In this document: in pieces, positions 10,703 to 22,237 of the stretch
How positions within the stretch are numbered: the stretch's first letter is position 1
Layout of the letters: each line of letters opens with the position of its first letter
Assembly: GCA_036820645.1 (NCBI GenBank)
Contig: DAISLB010000005.1
Coordinates: 9,346 to 73,345 of the forward strand
Reading direction: 5' to 3'
Origin: Clostridium sp.
GTDB taxonomy: Bacteria > Bacillota > Clostridia > Clostridiales > Clostridiaceae
DNA: 64,000 nt
Position numbers and translations under genes: made by a program
Notes under the pieces: generated by a model
What the model was told of the DNA's origin: nothing
Seen by the model: only the letters and a program-made list of their open reading frames with translations
Databases searched by the model: none

Positions 10703-10969
10703 CTATTTATTATACTTAACCTTTTTTATAGGTATACTGGCCACAAGTGCTGCTGAATTTCCACTTAGTTCCGGCGAATTTGTCATTTTTACATCTATTT
10801 CAGAACTATCTATCTCCATATATTTTGAAAGTACTTTAAGTATGTCATCCTTTATATTGTCTAATATTTCCTTAGATATGTCACATCTATCGTGTATTAG
10901 TATTAATCTCAATCTTTCTTTAGCTACATCTTTGGAAGATTGCTTAGAGAACACCTTAAACAAATCCAT
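10703..10969 (-). CDS. minE: Cell division topological specificity factor
   Basis: SKDVAKERLRLILIHDR. Confidence 0.96.
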   Translation of the reverse strand: MDLFKVFSKQSSKDVAKERLRLILIHDRCDISKEILDNIKDDILKVLSKYMEIDSSEIDVKMTNSPELSGNSAALVASIPIKKVKYNK

Positions 10970-10984
10970 TCCCTTACTACCTCC

Positions 10985-11782
10985 TTATTTAATACCAAAT
11001 AGTTTCTTTATTGATGAAAATAATCCTTCATGACTAATACCCAGATTCATAAGTGGTACTTTTTCTCCTGTTATTCTTTTAGCTATATTTCTAAATGCTT
11101 GTCCTGATAATGAACTACTAGTTAATACTATGGGTTCACCTTTATTGGTAGAAATGGTTATATTTCTGTCATCTGGCACTACTCCTATAAGTTCTATAGC
11201 CAAACTGTCTAATATATCACTTACATCCAACATATCTCCATTTTTAGTCATTTCATAATTTATTTTGTTTACTATAAGTTGATGTTCTTCAATTCCCTTA
11301 GCATCTAACTTTCCAATAACTCTGTCAGAATCCCTAACTGAGGTAACTTCAGGATTTACTACAACTAATGCCCTATCTGCCCCTACTATTGCATTTTCAA
11401 AGCCATGCTCAATTCCTGCAGGACAATCTATAATTACATAGTCATATTCACTTTTTAATTCCTCAATTAAATTCAGCATATCTTGGGTATTTATGTCATC
11501 TTTATCTCTCGTTTGTGCCGTAGGCAAAAGATATAAGTTTGGTAGTCTTTTATCCTTTATAAGAGCTTGTTTTAATCTACACTTGTCTTCTATTACATCA
11601 AGTATAGTAAATACAATTCTATTTTCAAGTCCCATAAGAACATCTAAATTTCTAAGTCCTGTATCTCCATCTACTACCACTACACTTTTATTTAAAACAG
11701 CTAATGCAGTGCCTATATTTGCCGTAGTAGTAGTTTTTCCAACTCCACCTTTGCCTGATGTTACTACAATTGCTTCTCCCAT
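10985..11782 (-). CDS. minD: Septum site-determining ATPase
   Basis: SGKGGVGKTT, GLRNLD, DCPAG, C-terminal amphipathic helix; start at 11782 behind GGAGG. Confidence 0.97.
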   Translation of the reverse strand: MGEAIVVTSGKGGVGKTTTTANIGTALAVLNKSVVVVDGDTGLRNLDVLMGLENRIVFTILDVIEDKCRLKQALIKDKRLPNLYLLPTAQTRDKDDINTQDMLNLIEELKSEYDYVIIDCPAGIEHGFENAIVGADRALVVVNPEVTSVRDSDRVIGKLDAKGIEEHQLIVNKINYEMTKNGDMLDVSDILDSLAIELIGVVPDDRNITISTNKGEPIVLTSSSLSGQAFRNIAKRITGEKVPLMNLGISHEGLFSSIKKLFGIK

Positions 11783-11966
11783 ATATACTACCTCCATCAA
11801 ATAAATTTATTAGATAAATGTCACCCAATATATGAACGTATACCATTAACTATAATCATCTAAGCAATAAAACCATCTATAGAATATTATACTAGACATA
11901 GTAACAATAATCCAGAATATTATTCAGTGCAATTTATACCAATTAGGCAGTTTGAAAGTTACTAAC

Positions 11967-11999
11967 AAAAAACTTCAGCATAAAATTAAGCTGAAGTTC
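11967..11999 (-). terminator. Intrinsic terminator after minC
   Basis: AACTTCAGC/GCTGAAGTT stem followed by T-run on the minus strand. Confidence 0.65.
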
Positions 12000-12016
12000 T
12001 TACTAACCATGAGATA

Positions 12017-12649
12017 TCAAATAAACTTATTGGGCAAATAGGGCTCTACTATTATTATATTTTCCCTAATCTTAGCTACTTCTGGATACTTAGGTTTAAC
12101 ATTGTCCTCTGGTGATCTGGTAACTATATCTGCAATTTGAAGCATTTCTGGCTGCAAACAAATTGAAGCAACTATAGCTTTAGAATTCCCCCCAAATCCA
12201 GCATGGGCATATCCATGAAGTGCTCCAAAAACTATTATATTACCCCCTGCATATATTTCAGAACCTGCATTTACATCTCCAATTACAACTATATTTCCCG
12301 AGTAATTTACTACTTGACCACTTCTAACTGTTCTATGTAAAAATTTAGTTCTTCCCTCGTAAATTCCTGAAAATACTTTGCTTGGTTTTTCATTGCTGTC
12401 TTCGAATATACAATCCTTTATGAGAAATTTTTCAAACAATATATTTTTAAGTTTATTAAATTGCTTTTCATTCATGCTTTTTAATTCTGTTGTTATTTTT
12501 AAAGTACATCCCTTATAAAACATTTTCGCAGTTGAAAGTCTTTTTATTAAACTTTGAAGCATTTCGTCAAAATCTTTAAAACCATTATTATTTATAATTA
12601 TATTTATTCCATCTCTATTACCCTTAATTATTATATTATTATTCCTCAT
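12017..12649 (-). CDS. minC: Septum site-determining protein
   Basis: [21 protein letters not shown] motifs. Confidence 0.95.
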   Translation of the reverse strand: MRNNNIIIKGNRDGINIIINNNGFKDFDEMLQSLIKRLSTAKMFYKGCTLKITTELKSMNEKQFNKLKNILFEKFLIKDCIFEDSNEKPSKVFSGIYEGRTKFLHRTVRSGQVVNYSGNIVVIGDVNAGSEIYAGGNIIVFGALHGYAHAGFGGNSKAIVASICLQPEMLQIADIVTRSPEDNVKPKYPEVAKIRENIIIVEPYLPNKFI

Positions 12650-12818
12650 AATTAGCCTCCATAAGTCACCTCATATAATATTTCAACACCCTTTACATAA
12701 ATCCTTCTTAATTTCCAACTTTATTTTTTAATCTAATACTTATTCTGGGAATTCTTATTTAAGCTAAGTTTAATTAAGTTTGTATTAAAAAAATTTTGTT
12801 TAAAATCATTATCATATA

Positions 12819-12853
12819 AAATTTGCGAATAGCCTATTCTATTCGCAAATTTT
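12819..12853 (-). terminator. Hairpin terminator after pbp2
   Basis: AAATTTGCGAATAG/CTATTCGCAAATTT inverted repeat. Confidence 0.65.
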
Positions 12854-12858
12854 ACATC

Positions 12859-15522
12859 TTAATTACTATTTTGTTGAGTAGTGGTAGTACTGTTATTCAC
12901 ATTAAAATATGCAGAATAAATATCCCTAGCTACAGTAGCTGCACCCTTTCCTCCTTGACCACCATCAAATATAACTACACATACCGCTATTTCCGGCTTA
13001 TCAAGAGGAGCAAACCCCACATACTCAGAGTAGTCAGTTCTTCCTATTTGATCCTGGTTTCCCAAACTTGCAGTACCTGTTTTTCCAGCTGTACTTACTT
13101 GGAATCCATTAAATATAGCAGCTGCTGTACCTTTCTCATTAACTGCACCCATTCCTGCCTTGATAGCTTCTATATTTTCAGCCTTAACCCCAGTTTTCTC
13201 TATAACTTCCGGTTTAACCTGTTCAATAACTTTTCCATTGGCATCCAAATATTTATCTACTAGATGTACCTTATATCTGGTTCCACCATTAGCAAGAGTA
13301 GCAATGTAATTTGCCATCTGAAGGGGAGTAAACTGATTTAATCCCTGTCCTATAGAAGCATTTTCTATGTTAGCTGGTACTTTTAATTGAGCATTTGCAT
13401 CTGAAACAGTTATGCTGTATATGACGTCAATTAAATCATTCATTTTCTCATTACTTATATCCTTTTTATTATTAGGATCTTCCTTTACAAGTTCAGAAAA
13501 TAATTCTTTATATTTTGCTTTATCAAAGGCACTCTTACCATTTTTTACAGAATTCTTTATCAAAGTTTTGATATCATTTTTAATTTGCTTTACTTTACTT
13601 GAATCACTGCTATTATCATATAGATTAATTTGAACTACCATATGTCCCTTATCGTCTTCACCATTTTTAAGTGTAGACATAGTTTGCCACAAATAAGTGT
13701 TAGCATATGTATTTTTATTTGATACAGTATTATATACCTGGCCAAATTTTTCAGGAATTTCTATTCCAGTGGATGCTTTTACACTGCTATTTACAGGCAC
13801 ACCTAGTCCAAACTTCCAAGCATATTTAGCAAGTCCATCGTCTCCAACGGCATCACGAATAAGCTTACCTACAGTCATAAAATAAGGGTTACTCGATTTT
13901 TGTATAGCAGTTACCAAATCCACTACTCCATTTCTACCATCTAACTCAAATTTTACAATTTTACCGCCTTGATCAAACTGTCCTTCGTCATCTACACAAA
14001 AACCCGACGTTATTACTCCACTTTCAAGTCCAGCAACTGCAGTCATTGGCTTGAATGTAGAACCAGGAGGTATTAAAGACTGAGTAGCATAATTATAAAA
14101 TGGCTTTGCATATATATCATAAACATCTTTTCTTATAGTTGTATTATTTTTTATGCTAGTATCAAGCGGAAACAATGTATTTAACACTTGATCTTCCGTT
14201 TCTCCCTGAAAATTTGAAGTTATATTTCTCTTTTCTATATACTGTCTACCAAAAGATTCAAGATCCGGATTGAAATATTCTTTATATAAATCTTGAGAAA
14301 TCATACCAGGTACTGCAAACATATTTGGATCATAGCCAGGTCTGCTGGCCATTGCAATTACTGCTCCCGTATTTACATCAATTACTACTGCTGCACCCCT
14401 AGTCGCATTAGTAGTATCTGATCGCTCCTGTCCATACGGATTACTTCTGAGACTTGCCATAGTAGTATCCAGTGCATCTTCTGCTGCTTTTTGGACCTTC
14501 GTATCCACTGTTAGCTGAACTGTTTGTCCTGGGTAAGCTTCTTTCTGTCCCAGTTCTTCAACTATGTCTCCTTTTTTATTCAGCCTTACTATCTTTCCTC
14601 CTTTTGATCCTTTTAATCTATCTTCAAGGGCAGCTTCTATACCTGATTGACCTACGTAATCACTACTTACATCATAACCTTTTTCCTTGTATTTATCATA
14701 ATCAGAAGATATTTTAGATATATATCCTATAAAACTAGATCCTACTTCCTTATTAGGATAACTTCTTATAGGTTGGGTGTTCACATCTATCCCCGGGAGT
14801 TCATTTGACATTTGTAAAAATTTAAAGGCAGTATCCTTCTTTATATTGCCTGCAACTGTTACAGGTTTATATCCAGAATAACTCTGCATTTTTAAAGTAT
14901 CCTTAATAATCATATATCTTCTCTGCTCTTCCAAAGAATATGTACTGCTTATTTTGTACTTGGCAACAAGTTTTTTAAAAGTCTCCTCCGGAGTTATTTT
15001 AAGTAATTCCTTATTTACTAAACTAGTTAACTCATCTTCAGATATATCTTTATTGCTCTTTTTAATTTTGTTTTCTATTTCATCATTTAATCCTCTATCC
15101 CTCTTAAACTTAATCTCAAGATTTTTTCTAGTTTTTTCATCATCACTTCTGAATTCAAATCTATAAGGATTTATCTTAAGTTCAAAATCGTCCTTCTGAC
15201 TTTCCCCACTTTCATCTAATATCTTAAAGACTTTATTCATAGTAGGAAAAAAAGTCTTATCATTTTCATCCGTTTGATTGTATACGACCACATAACTTTG
15301 AATATTAGTAGCTAAGACATTACCATTTTTATCTAAAATTTTTCCTCTTGGAGCTGCTTCCTGTATTTCTGTTAAAGATTTATTATTGGATTGCTCTTTA
15401 TATTCTTGCCCCTTTACTACTTGAAGAAAAAGAAGTCTTCCAGTAATAGTTGCAAAAATAATTACCATAATGGCTACTAGCACAGTATATCTTGTAATAT
15501 TAGAATGCTTCTTCTCTCTCAA
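12859..15522 (-). CDS. mrdA: Class B penicillin-binding protein 2
   Basis: N-terminal TM, APRG, STFK, SSN and KTG motifs; follows mreD. Confidence 0.9.
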   Translation of the reverse strand: MREKKHSNITRYTVLVAIMVIIFATITGRLLFLQVVKGQEYKEQSNNKSLTEIQEAAPRGKILDKNGNVLATNIQSYVVVYNQTDENDKTFFPTMNKVFKILDESGESQKDDFELKINPYRFEFRSDDEKTRKNLEIKFKRDRGLNDEIENKIKKSNKDISEDELTSLVNKELLKITPEETFKKLVAKYKISSTYSLEEQRRYMIIKDTLKMQSYSGYKPVTVAGNIKKDTAFKFLQMSNELPGIDVNTQPIRSYPNKEVGSSFIGYISKISSDYDKYKEKGYDVSSDYVGQSGIEAALEDRLKGSKGGKIVRLNKKGDIVEELGQKEAYPGQTVQLTVDTKVQKAAEDALDTTMASLRSNPYGQERSDTTNATRGAAVVIDVNTGAVIAMASRPGYDPNMFAVPGMISQDLYKEYFNPDLESFGRQYIEKRNITSNFQGETEDQVLNTLFPLDTSIKNNTTIRKDVYDIYAKPFYNYATQSLIPPGSTFKPMTAVAGLESGVITSGFCVDDEGQFDQGGKIVKFELDGRNGVVDLVTAIQKSSNPYFMTVGKLIRDAVGDDGLAKYAWKFGLGVPVNSSVKASTGIEIPEKFGQVYNTVSNKNTYANTYLWQTMSTLKNGEDDKGHMVVQINLYDNSSDSSKVKQIKNDIKTLIKNSVKNGKSAFDKAKYKELFSELVKEDPNNKKDISNEKMNDLIDVIYSITVSDANAQLKVPANIENASIGQGLNQFTPLQMANYIATLANGGTRYKVHLVDKYLDANGKVIEQVKPEVIEKTGVKAENIEAIKAGMGAVNEKGTAAAIFNGFQVSTAGKTGTASLGNQDQIGRTDYSEYVGFAPLDKPEIAVCVVIFDGGQGGKGAATVARDIYSAYFNVNNSTTTTQQNSN

Positions 15523-15540
15523 AAAATATCATCCCCACCT

Positions 15541-16032
15541 TTAAAATTTCCACTTAGCTTCCATATAATCTTTTTGACAAAGATTATATATTGGTTTATA
15601 CATAAAGATACATAAAATCATGTCGTAAACCCCTGTGAAAAATACATTTTTTACATTTACATACACTCCACATAAATATAAAATACCCATTATTAAAAAG
15701 CCTTTAAATAGAACAAGCAAAAAACAAGAGATGACAGGAATAAGTCTTCTTTTCTTAAATATACTGTTTCCCACAACACCTGCAATTACACATATTATCA
15801 TATTTGTAAATGAATTTATTCCAAAGCCATATGAAAAGTATATATCCTGAAGTAATCCTCCATACACTCCAAGCCACATACCCTCCCACGTTCCATTTAC
15901 AATTGAATAGCAAATTATAAATATTACAAGTAATCCTGGATAAAAATTATTTACTGCAAAAAAAGGTATCACTGAGTTATCCAAAATAAATAGCAGAATT
16001 GATAATAGAGCTAATACTAATAATTTTTTCAT
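15541..16032 (-). CDS. mreD: Rod shape-determining protein MreD
   Basis: Hydrophobic, GLLQD motif, follows mreC. Confidence 0.9.
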   Translation of the reverse strand: MKKLLVLALLSILLFILDNSVIPFFAVNNFYPGLLVIFIICYSIVNGTWEGMWLGVYGGLLQDIYFSYGFGINSFTNMIICVIAGVVGNSIFKKRRLIPVISCFLLVLFKGFLIMGILYLCGVYVNVKNVFFTGVYDMILCIFMYKPIYNLCQKDYMEAKWKF

Positions 16033-16044
16033 TTTACATCCACC

Positions 16045-16908
16045 CTAGTACTTTATATCTATTTTGTTTTGAGGCACTACGACAAGTAGTTCCTGAAGCT
16101 TATCAAAATTCACATAAGGCTTTATCAAAGCATTTTTCATTACTTTTCCCTTATCATCCTCTACATCTATTACAGTTCCAATTCTTATTCCTCTAGGATA
16201 TGAATTATTAATTCCTGATGTTACTATAACGTCTCCTTTTTTTACAGTAGAATCCTGTGGAAGATAATATAACTTTGCTAAAAATTGATTATTATTGCCA
16301 CTGTATCCTTTTACCATACCACTATTTACCACTTCATTTGTATCTGAGGTAGTACCTTCAATAGTTCCACCTACCGCTAAATTTTCATTAGCCAGAGACT
16401 GTACTATAGACCAATTGTTTTCAACGTGGACAACCTGTCCCACTAGTCCATCATCAGTAACTGCAACCATCTGCTTTTTTATACCATCCTTACTGCCTCT
16501 ATTTATTGCAAATTCATTTAAAATCCCATCACTACTTCTACCTATTACATCACAGCCTATATAATCATATTCTGATTTTTGGCTTTTAAAATTCAGCTCT
16601 TTCCTTAACTGGGAATTATCATTTTTAATTGAATTATATTCTACTAATTTATTTTTTAATGAACTATTTTCCTTTTTCAATTCTTCGTTTTCACTTTTTA
16701 CTCTAGAAAAATTTATTATAAAACTCAAACAATTTTTTATGCTATTATTAACCTTATGTAATCCTCCTTGAAAAGAATTAAAAGTAACACCTATGCCGTT
16801 TCTTACTATCGAGTTGCCATTACCCTTGATACTAAAAGAAATTAAAGTTAAAAAAATAATTGAAAGAACTATTATAGCTACTACAAGTTTATTTCTTAAA
16901 AATCTCAT
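16045..16908 (-). CDS. mreC: Rod shape-determining protein MreC
   Basis: TM plus coiled coil, GLVGQV, VTSG...YPRGIRIG. Confidence 0.94.
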   Translation of the reverse strand: MRFLRNKLVVAIIVLSIIFLTLISFSIKGNGNSIVRNGIGVTFNSFQGGLHKVNNSIKNCLSFIINFSRVKSENEELKKENSSLKNKLVEYNSIKNDNSQLRKELNFKSQKSEYDYIGCDVIGRSSDGILNEFAINRGSKDGIKKQMVAVTDDGLVGQVVHVENNWSIVQSLANENLAVGGTIEGTTSDTNEVVNSGMVKGYSGNNNQFLAKLYYLPQDSTVKKGDVIVTSGINNSYPRGIRIGTVIDVEDDKGKVMKNALIKPYVNFDKLQELLVVVPQNKIDIKY

Positions 16909-16917
16909 AATATATCA

Positions 16918-17928
16918 CTATTTTCTACTAGCTATTATTTTATCAATAGTATCAAGAGCTTTTCCTGCGCCTAATGCAACACAGTCAAGAGGTGACTCAG
17001 CTATATGAACAGGCATATGTGTTTCTTCATTTATCAACTGATCCAATCCTTTAAGCATTGCTCCACCACCTGTAAGCATAATTCCTTTGTCCATTATATC
17101 TGATGCAAGTTCTGGTGGTGTCTTTTCAAGGGTAGTTTTTATAGCATCAATTATTGATGCTACCGGTTCCTTAAGAGATTCTCTAATTTCACATTCTGTT
17201 ACATTTATAACCTTAGGTAAACCTGATATTAAGTCTCTTCCTTTTATTTCCATGGAATTTTCCTCGCCTATATCAAAAGCTGATCCCAATTCAATTTTTA
17301 CATTTTCCGCAGTTCTTTCACCTATCATCAAATTATATTCTTTCTTTATGTAACTTATTATAGCCTGATCTAACTCATCACCAGCAATTCTTAAAGATTT
17401 ACTTGTAACAATTCCTCCAAGTGATATTATAGCTACTTCTGTAGTACCTCCACCTATATCTACAATCATGCTTCCTGTTGGTTCATTTACTGGAAGTCCT
17501 GCACCAATAGCAGCTGCCATAGGCTCTTCCATTAAAAGCACTTCCCTTGCTCCTGCATGCTTTGTTGCTTCTTCTATTGCCCTTTTTTCAACTTCAGTAA
17601 CTCCAGATGGAAAACATACAAATATTCTAGGACTAGTAAATGCTGACTTAGGACTTACTTTTTCTATAAATTTTCTAAGCATAGTATGAGTAACATCAAA
17701 ATCAGCAATAACACCGTCTTTAAGCGGCCTTATAGCCACAATATTACCAGGAGTTCTTCCTATCATATCTTTTGCTTCATTACCTATTGCCATTACCTTC
17801 TTTACATCATTGTTTATAGCAACTACAGAAGGTTCTCTAAGTACTATTCCCTTTCCTTTAACATATATCAGTGTGTTAGCTGTTCCTAAATCAATTCCCA
17901 TGTCCCTTGACATTCCAAAAAATCCCAT
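16918..17928 (-). CDS. mreB: Actin-like MreB
   Basis: [24 protein letters not shown]. Confidence 0.98.
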   Translation of the reverse strand: MGFFGMSRDMGIDLGTANTLIYVKGKGIVLREPSVVAINNDVKKVMAIGNEAKDMIGRTPGNIVAIRPLKDGVIADFDVTHTMLRKFIEKVSPKSAFTSPRIFVCFPSGVTEVEKRAIEEATKHAGAREVLLMEEPMAAAIGAGLPVNEPTGSMIVDIGGGTTEVAIISLGGIVTSKSLRIAGDELDQAIISYIKKEYNLMIGERTAENVKIELGSAFDIGEENSMEIKGRDLISGLPKVINVTECEIRESLKEPVASIIDAIKTTLEKTPPELASDIMDKGIMLTGGGAMLKGLDQLINEETHMPVHIAESPLDCVALGAGKALDTIDKIIASRK

Positions 17929-17948
17929 TTATATTACCCCTTTCAATA

Positions 17949-18635
17949 TCAACAAATTCCTTTTTGTTTTAAACTAACATATACTTCATTCCCTATTATA
18001 AGGTGATCTATTAGCTGTATGCCTAAAAGTTCACCGCATTCTTTTAATCTATGCGTTATATTTATATCCTCTTTACTAGGTGATGGATCTCCTGAAGGAT
18101 GATTATGGCACACAATTATAGTTGCACTATTTTTCTTTATAGCATAGTAAAATACTTCTCTTGGATGTACCAATGCAGAATTTAAACTTCCTATAAATAC
18201 ATCTCTAATTCCTATAACCATGTTTTTGGTATTTAACATAATAACTTTAAAATATTCCTGCTTCAATCCTTTCATTTCTTCCATGACAAGCATTGCTGCA
18301 TCTCCTGGATTGCATATTTTATAATCATCACCATCCCTATAGGATTTAAATCTCTTTGCCAATTCCACCACAGCAAATATTTTAGCAGACTTTGCCTTTC
18401 CAATGCCCTTAATATTCATAAGATCTTCTAAATTTGAATTAAAAATTCCATTTAGGCCACCATTGTCTTTTATGATCCTGCTACTTAAAGATATTATGTT
18501 TTCTTTTTTCGTACCTGAACCGAGTATTATTGCCAAAAGTTCTGAATTAGAAAGAACTTCTGGTCCATATCTGAATAATCTCTCCCTTGGTCTTTCATTT
18601 TGTGGTAAATCCATAATTTTTACCAATTCATCCAT
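17949..18635 (-). CDS. radC: RadC/JAB domain protein
   Basis: RPRERL, HhH, HPRE, HNHPSGDPSPS, DH. Confidence 0.95.
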   Translation of the reverse strand: MDELVKIMDLPQNERPRERLFRYGPEVLSNSELLAIILGSGTKKENIISLSSRIIKDNGGLNGIFNSNLEDLMNIKGIGKAKSAKIFAVVELAKRFKSYRDGDDYKICNPGDAAMLVMEEMKGLKQEYFKVIMLNTKNMVIGIRDVFIGSLNSALVHPREVFYYAIKKNSATIIVCHNHPSGDPSPSKEDINITHRLKECGELLGIQLIDHLIIGNEVYVSLKQKGIC

Positions 18636-18649
18636 TTAAAAACTCCTTA

Positions 18650-19228
18650 TTATAGATTTAACCCCATCCCACTTAACATATTATACAACTTATTTAAAGG
18701 TAATCCTACTACATTATAATAACATCCATGGATTTCTCTTACGAAAATTCCCCCACGACCTTGAATGCCGTAGGCTCCTGCTTTATCTTTATACTCTCCT
18801 GTTTTTAAATACTCCTTTATGCGTTTATCATCTATTTTAGAAAATATTACGCGAGTACACACAAAGTCTTTAATTATTTTATTTGAGGATTTATTTATAA
18901 TTGATATACCTGAATATACCTCATGCTCATTTCCGCTTAAGGATTTCAGCATATTAAAAGCTTCCTCTATACTACCTGGCTTTCCAAGTATTTTTTCTCT
19001 AAAGAATACTATTGTATCGCATCCTATTATTATAGAGCTATTATCTTTCAACTTTGAACACACATTTTTAGCTTTACCTTCAGCTAGCTCCATAACATAA
19101 GAACCACAATTTCCATCAAATTCAACAGAATTTTCATCAAAATCACTTACCATAACTTCAAAATTTCCTGTTAATCTCTTTAAAAGTTCCTTTCTCCTAC
19201 TGGAAGCCGAAGCCAATACAATTTTCAT
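18650..19228 (-). CDS. maf: Maf nucleotide pyrophosphatase
   Basis: [27 protein letters not shown]. Confidence 0.95.
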   Translation of the reverse strand: MKIVLASASSRRKELLKRLTGNFEVMVSDFDENSVEFDGNCGSYVMELAEGKAKNVCSKLKDNSSIIIGCDTIVFFREKILGKPGSIEEAFNMLKSLSGNEHEVYSGISIINKSSNKIIKDFVCTRVIFSKIDDKRIKEYLKTGEYKDKAGAYGIQGRGGIFVREIHGCYYNVVGLPLNKLYNMLSGMGLNL

Positions 19229-19239
19229 GTCATCACTTC

Positions 19240-19500
19240 CTAATATTTTCTATATAGTATTATAGCCACAATTATACCAATTATAGTCATAATGTTTATA
19301 CTAAACTCTACCCCTAAAGTCAATACTATGACCTTAAGATTTAATACAACTGGTTCAGCCATCCCCACAGAATAAGAATTTTTAAAAAAGCTTAAGAAAC
19401 TAAAATTATTTCCAATAGCATCTCCTACAAGGCTTCCGCATATAGCTCCTAAAATTATAAGAAACCATAAAAAGCTCTTACTTTTTTCAACCCCTTTCAC
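19240..19500 (-). CDS. Small membrane protein (DUF4321-like)
   Basis: 86 aa, hydrophobic segments, AGGTAGGGG RBS, upstream of maf. Confidence 0.7.
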   Translation of the reverse strand: MKGVEKSKSFLWFLIILGAICGSLVGDAIGNNFSFLSFFKNSYSVGMAEPVVLNLKVIVLTLGVEFSINIMTIIGIIVAIILYRKY

Positions 19501-19603
19501 AAAAACCCCCTACCTTAATATTATATCTTATATAGTTTATCATTTAATAAAAGCATAAACAAGTGGATATATTATTGTTCAAAAAAATTTTTTTATTGAA
19601 CAT

Positions 19604-19642
19604 AAAAACGACAAGTATTGGTTTAAATATCCCAATACTTGC
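19604..19642 (-). terminator. Intrinsic terminator
   Basis: CAAGTATTGG/CCAATACTTG stem with T-run on minus strand. Confidence 0.6.
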
Positions 19643-19673
19643 CCTTATATTATGACTGATTATCCTAATAATA

Positions 19674-20396
19674 TTAAACAGAGTTCACTTTCTTCAATAC
19701 TTTAAACATATAAACATAATTTTCTTCAGCTTTATCCTTCTCTATTTCCTTAGGAAGTTTACTTACATATTCCTTTAACTCTTTTAAAACTAATTTATTA
19801 TTGCTATTTTCCATCTTTTCACTTTTTAAAGAAGAACACCATTTTTTTAATTCATCTGTTTGTATAGATTTTACATCTTGTTCTGAAAGTTTATTTAGTA
19901 TCTCTAAGTTCGCATTTATTATTTCCGCTATTTCCACATTACACAGGTCATCCTTCTTTATTGTAAATATGATTTTTGAATTATCCACTTTTTGATCTGT
20001 AAGAGATTTCATCATTTTCTCTCCTGCATCCTCTTGAAATATACCTAAAAATACCCTTGTCTTATCTGAATCCTGTATAGAAAAAGGGAGTCCATATTTA
20101 GTTAACAAACTTTTTTCCTCTGATGCGTTATTTTTATCTTTGTAAACTCCACCCTGTACAGCTATAAATTTAGTATATTTACCATCTACAGCTGAATTAC
20201 CCTTATTAGAAGTATTTTTAATCTTATTTTGGGAGATAGTGTTTGTTGCATTATCACTTAAATTAACTGATGTCTTGAATATCACTTTAAATATAACAGT
20301 TCCCAGTATAAATGCAGCTGCAAGTATTATACATGTGAAAATTACAAAAGGCTTAAAACTTTTATCTCTTTTTAAATCATATCGCGTGTACTTCAT
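19674..20396 (-). CDS. Membrane-anchored hypothetical protein (possible SPOR-like domain)
   Basis: N-terminal TM; FIAVQGGVY...NA pattern; 240 aa with RBS. Confidence 0.65.
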   Translation of the reverse strand: MKYTRYDLKRDKSFKPFVIFTCIILAAAFILGTVIFKVIFKTSVNLSDNATNTISQNKIKNTSNKGNSAVDGKYTKFIAVQGGVYKDKNNASEEKSLLTKYGLPFSIQDSDKTRVFLGIFQEDAGEKMMKSLTDQKVDNSKIIFTIKKDDLCNVEIAEIINANLEILNKLSEQDVKSIQTDELKKWCSSLKSEKMENSNNKLVLKELKEYVSKLPKEIEKDKAEENYVYMFKVLKKVNSV

Positions 20397-20461
20397 TTTT
20401 TCACCCCTAATTTCATACTGTTTCTATATATTAATATTATGGGATAAAAAAATTATTACTG

Positions 20462-20965
20462 TTAATTATTAAATTTTTTCATAATTATCATATCCATGTG
20501 CTTTCCATCTATATCATAAAAATCCTTTACTATTCTAATAGATTTATACCCGGCACTTTTCCAGATATTCATATTTTCAATTTCATTTTTAATTGTTCTA
20601 GCAAAAAATTCAGTAACATCATACTCTCTAGAAAAATACTCAATTATTTTTTTTATTAAAATTCCCCCTAAATCTGTATTTTTATATGCTTCAGCCAAAT
20701 AAAAATACCATATCCAGAGTTCATTTTCATTTTTAAACTCAATTCTTCCCTTTAATATTCCTATTAAAATACTGCCTTTTTCTATCTTCAAAAAGAATTC
20801 GCACTGACTTATATAGCTCTCCAAAAATCTCTCTCTCAGCTCTTCTAAATTTGTTTCCCCTTCTAGAAAATCCTTCTTCTTCATCAATTTTTGTATGGTC
20901 ACTAAATCTTTTTCTTGCACATTAGAGATTTTTATATCTTTATATTCTATTTTAACATCCAGCAT
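20462..20965 (-). CDS. GNAT-fold acetyltransferase-like protein
   Basis: Degenerate motif A (YKNTDLGG) and motif B (IWKSAGY); ATG 20965 behind GAGGTG. Confidence 0.6.
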   Translation of the reverse strand: MLDVKIEYKDIKISNVQEKDLVTIQKLMKKKDFLEGETNLEELRERFLESYISQCEFFLKIEKGSILIGILKGRIEFKNENELWIWYFYLAEAYKNTDLGGILIKKIIEYFSREYDVTEFFARTIKNEIENMNIWKSAGYKSIRIVKDFYDIDGKHMDMIIMKKFNN

Positions 20966-21091
20966 TGCTTCACCTCTTTTGTACATTTAATTTGATTTAA
21001 CTTTATTAAAGGGTTATACCTTTAAAATTCTACACAAATTTTAAAATTCCTTTATTTATTAAATCAATTAGTATAAAATATACAATTTGCT

Positions 21092-21223
21092 AAAGAACAA
21101 AGAATAAATAACAAATAATGATAATTTTCCTCTTAATGTCAGAAAATATTAAAATTATAGCTTTTATGAGGTACAAAGGAAGTTATCATCATTCGGACTT
21201 TGATATTTGAACTTTAAACTTTT
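21092..21223 (-). repeat. Heptamer-armed palindromic element, type B copy 2 (diverged, no shell)
   Basis: Reverse complement contains GTACCTCA..CTATAATTTTAATATTTTCTGAC.TTA...GAAAATTATC shared with 8930-8990; heptamer arms on both sides. Confidence 0.75.
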
Positions 21224-21288
21224 TAAAAACTTTACAACACTGAATTCTTAAATTACTAATTACAGTTAACTACATTACCATTATTAGA

Positions 21289-22188
21289 CTAGCTTAAAAC
21301 TCTAGCTCCCTGTAAATCTGGATCAAGTAAAATAACTTTCCAAGTATCTTCTAGTTGATTTAAAAAATTTTTCATAGAACTTACAAATTGATCTGCATTT
21401 TTATCTACTACTGCCATAAGTGTAGAGCCTGACCCACTTATAAATTCTCCCATAGATCCTAACTCCTCTGATTTTTGAAAAACATCATCAAAATTTCTTA
21501 TCAAACTTTTTCTATAAGGTTGATGAATTTTATCTTGAAAACATATTCTGAGTTTGTCAAACTCATTATTATAAAGAGCACTTATAAGCATAGCAGATCT
21601 AGAGGTGTTAAATATACAGTCCTCTTTTAAATAAGATTTAGGTAAAACTTCCCTAGAAAGGACTGTGCTAACCTTAAAAGATGGTATCATAGCAACAAAT
21701 TTTAATTTATCTGGGACATTTACCTTTGAATGTTTTATCTCCTCACCTACTTTTAGAGATATTACCATTCCCCCAAGTACTGCAGGTACAACATTATCAG
21801 GATGTCCCTCTATTTTTGTAGCCAAATCAATTATATCTTCCATATCCATTTTATTTCCCATAATTGCGTTTGCAGCTGTTATGCCACCGACTATGCATGC
21901 AGAACTACTTCCAAGTCCCCTTGACATCGGTATATCACATTTAGTTACATTTATTTTAAATCCATTATAAGAATACCTTTGTTCATTCATAGCACTCACT
22001 ATGCTTTTATATATAAGATTTTCTTTATAATCCCCTTCTGACTTTAATCCCCCATTATATATTTCAGTTTCCTCACTTATTTCTTCAACTTCAATTTCAT
22101 TATATAATTTCAGTGCCATACCTAAAGTATCAAATCCCGGACCCATATTTGCTGTAGTAGCCGGCACTCTAACCTTCACTTTAGTCAT
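21289..22188 (-). CDS. thrB: Homoserine kinase
   Basis: PATTANMGPGFD, PMSRGLGSS, EGHPDN, SGSG. Confidence 0.96.
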   Translation of the reverse strand: MTKVKVRVPATTANMGPGFDTLGMALKLYNEIEVEEISEETEIYNGGLKSEGDYKENLIYKSIVSAMNEQRYSYNGFKINVTKCDIPMSRGLGSSSACIVGGITAANAIMGNKMDMEDIIDLATKIEGHPDNVVPAVLGGMVISLKVGEEIKHSKVNVPDKLKFVAMIPSFKVSTVLSREVLPKSYLKEDCIFNTSRSAMLISALYNNEFDKLRICFQDKIHQPYRKSLIRNFDDVFQKSEELGSMGEFISGSGSTLMAVVDKNADQFVSSMKNFLNQLEDTWKVILLDPDLQGARVLS

Positions 22189-22237
22189 GTGTAATATTCC
22201 TCCAATTCGTAAATATTTTGCTAAAACTCTATTCTTA

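Noticed and set aside
17949..18635. radC as a marker of a mobile element
   Set aside because: Full-length copy in the usual chromosomal maf-radC-mreBCD context.
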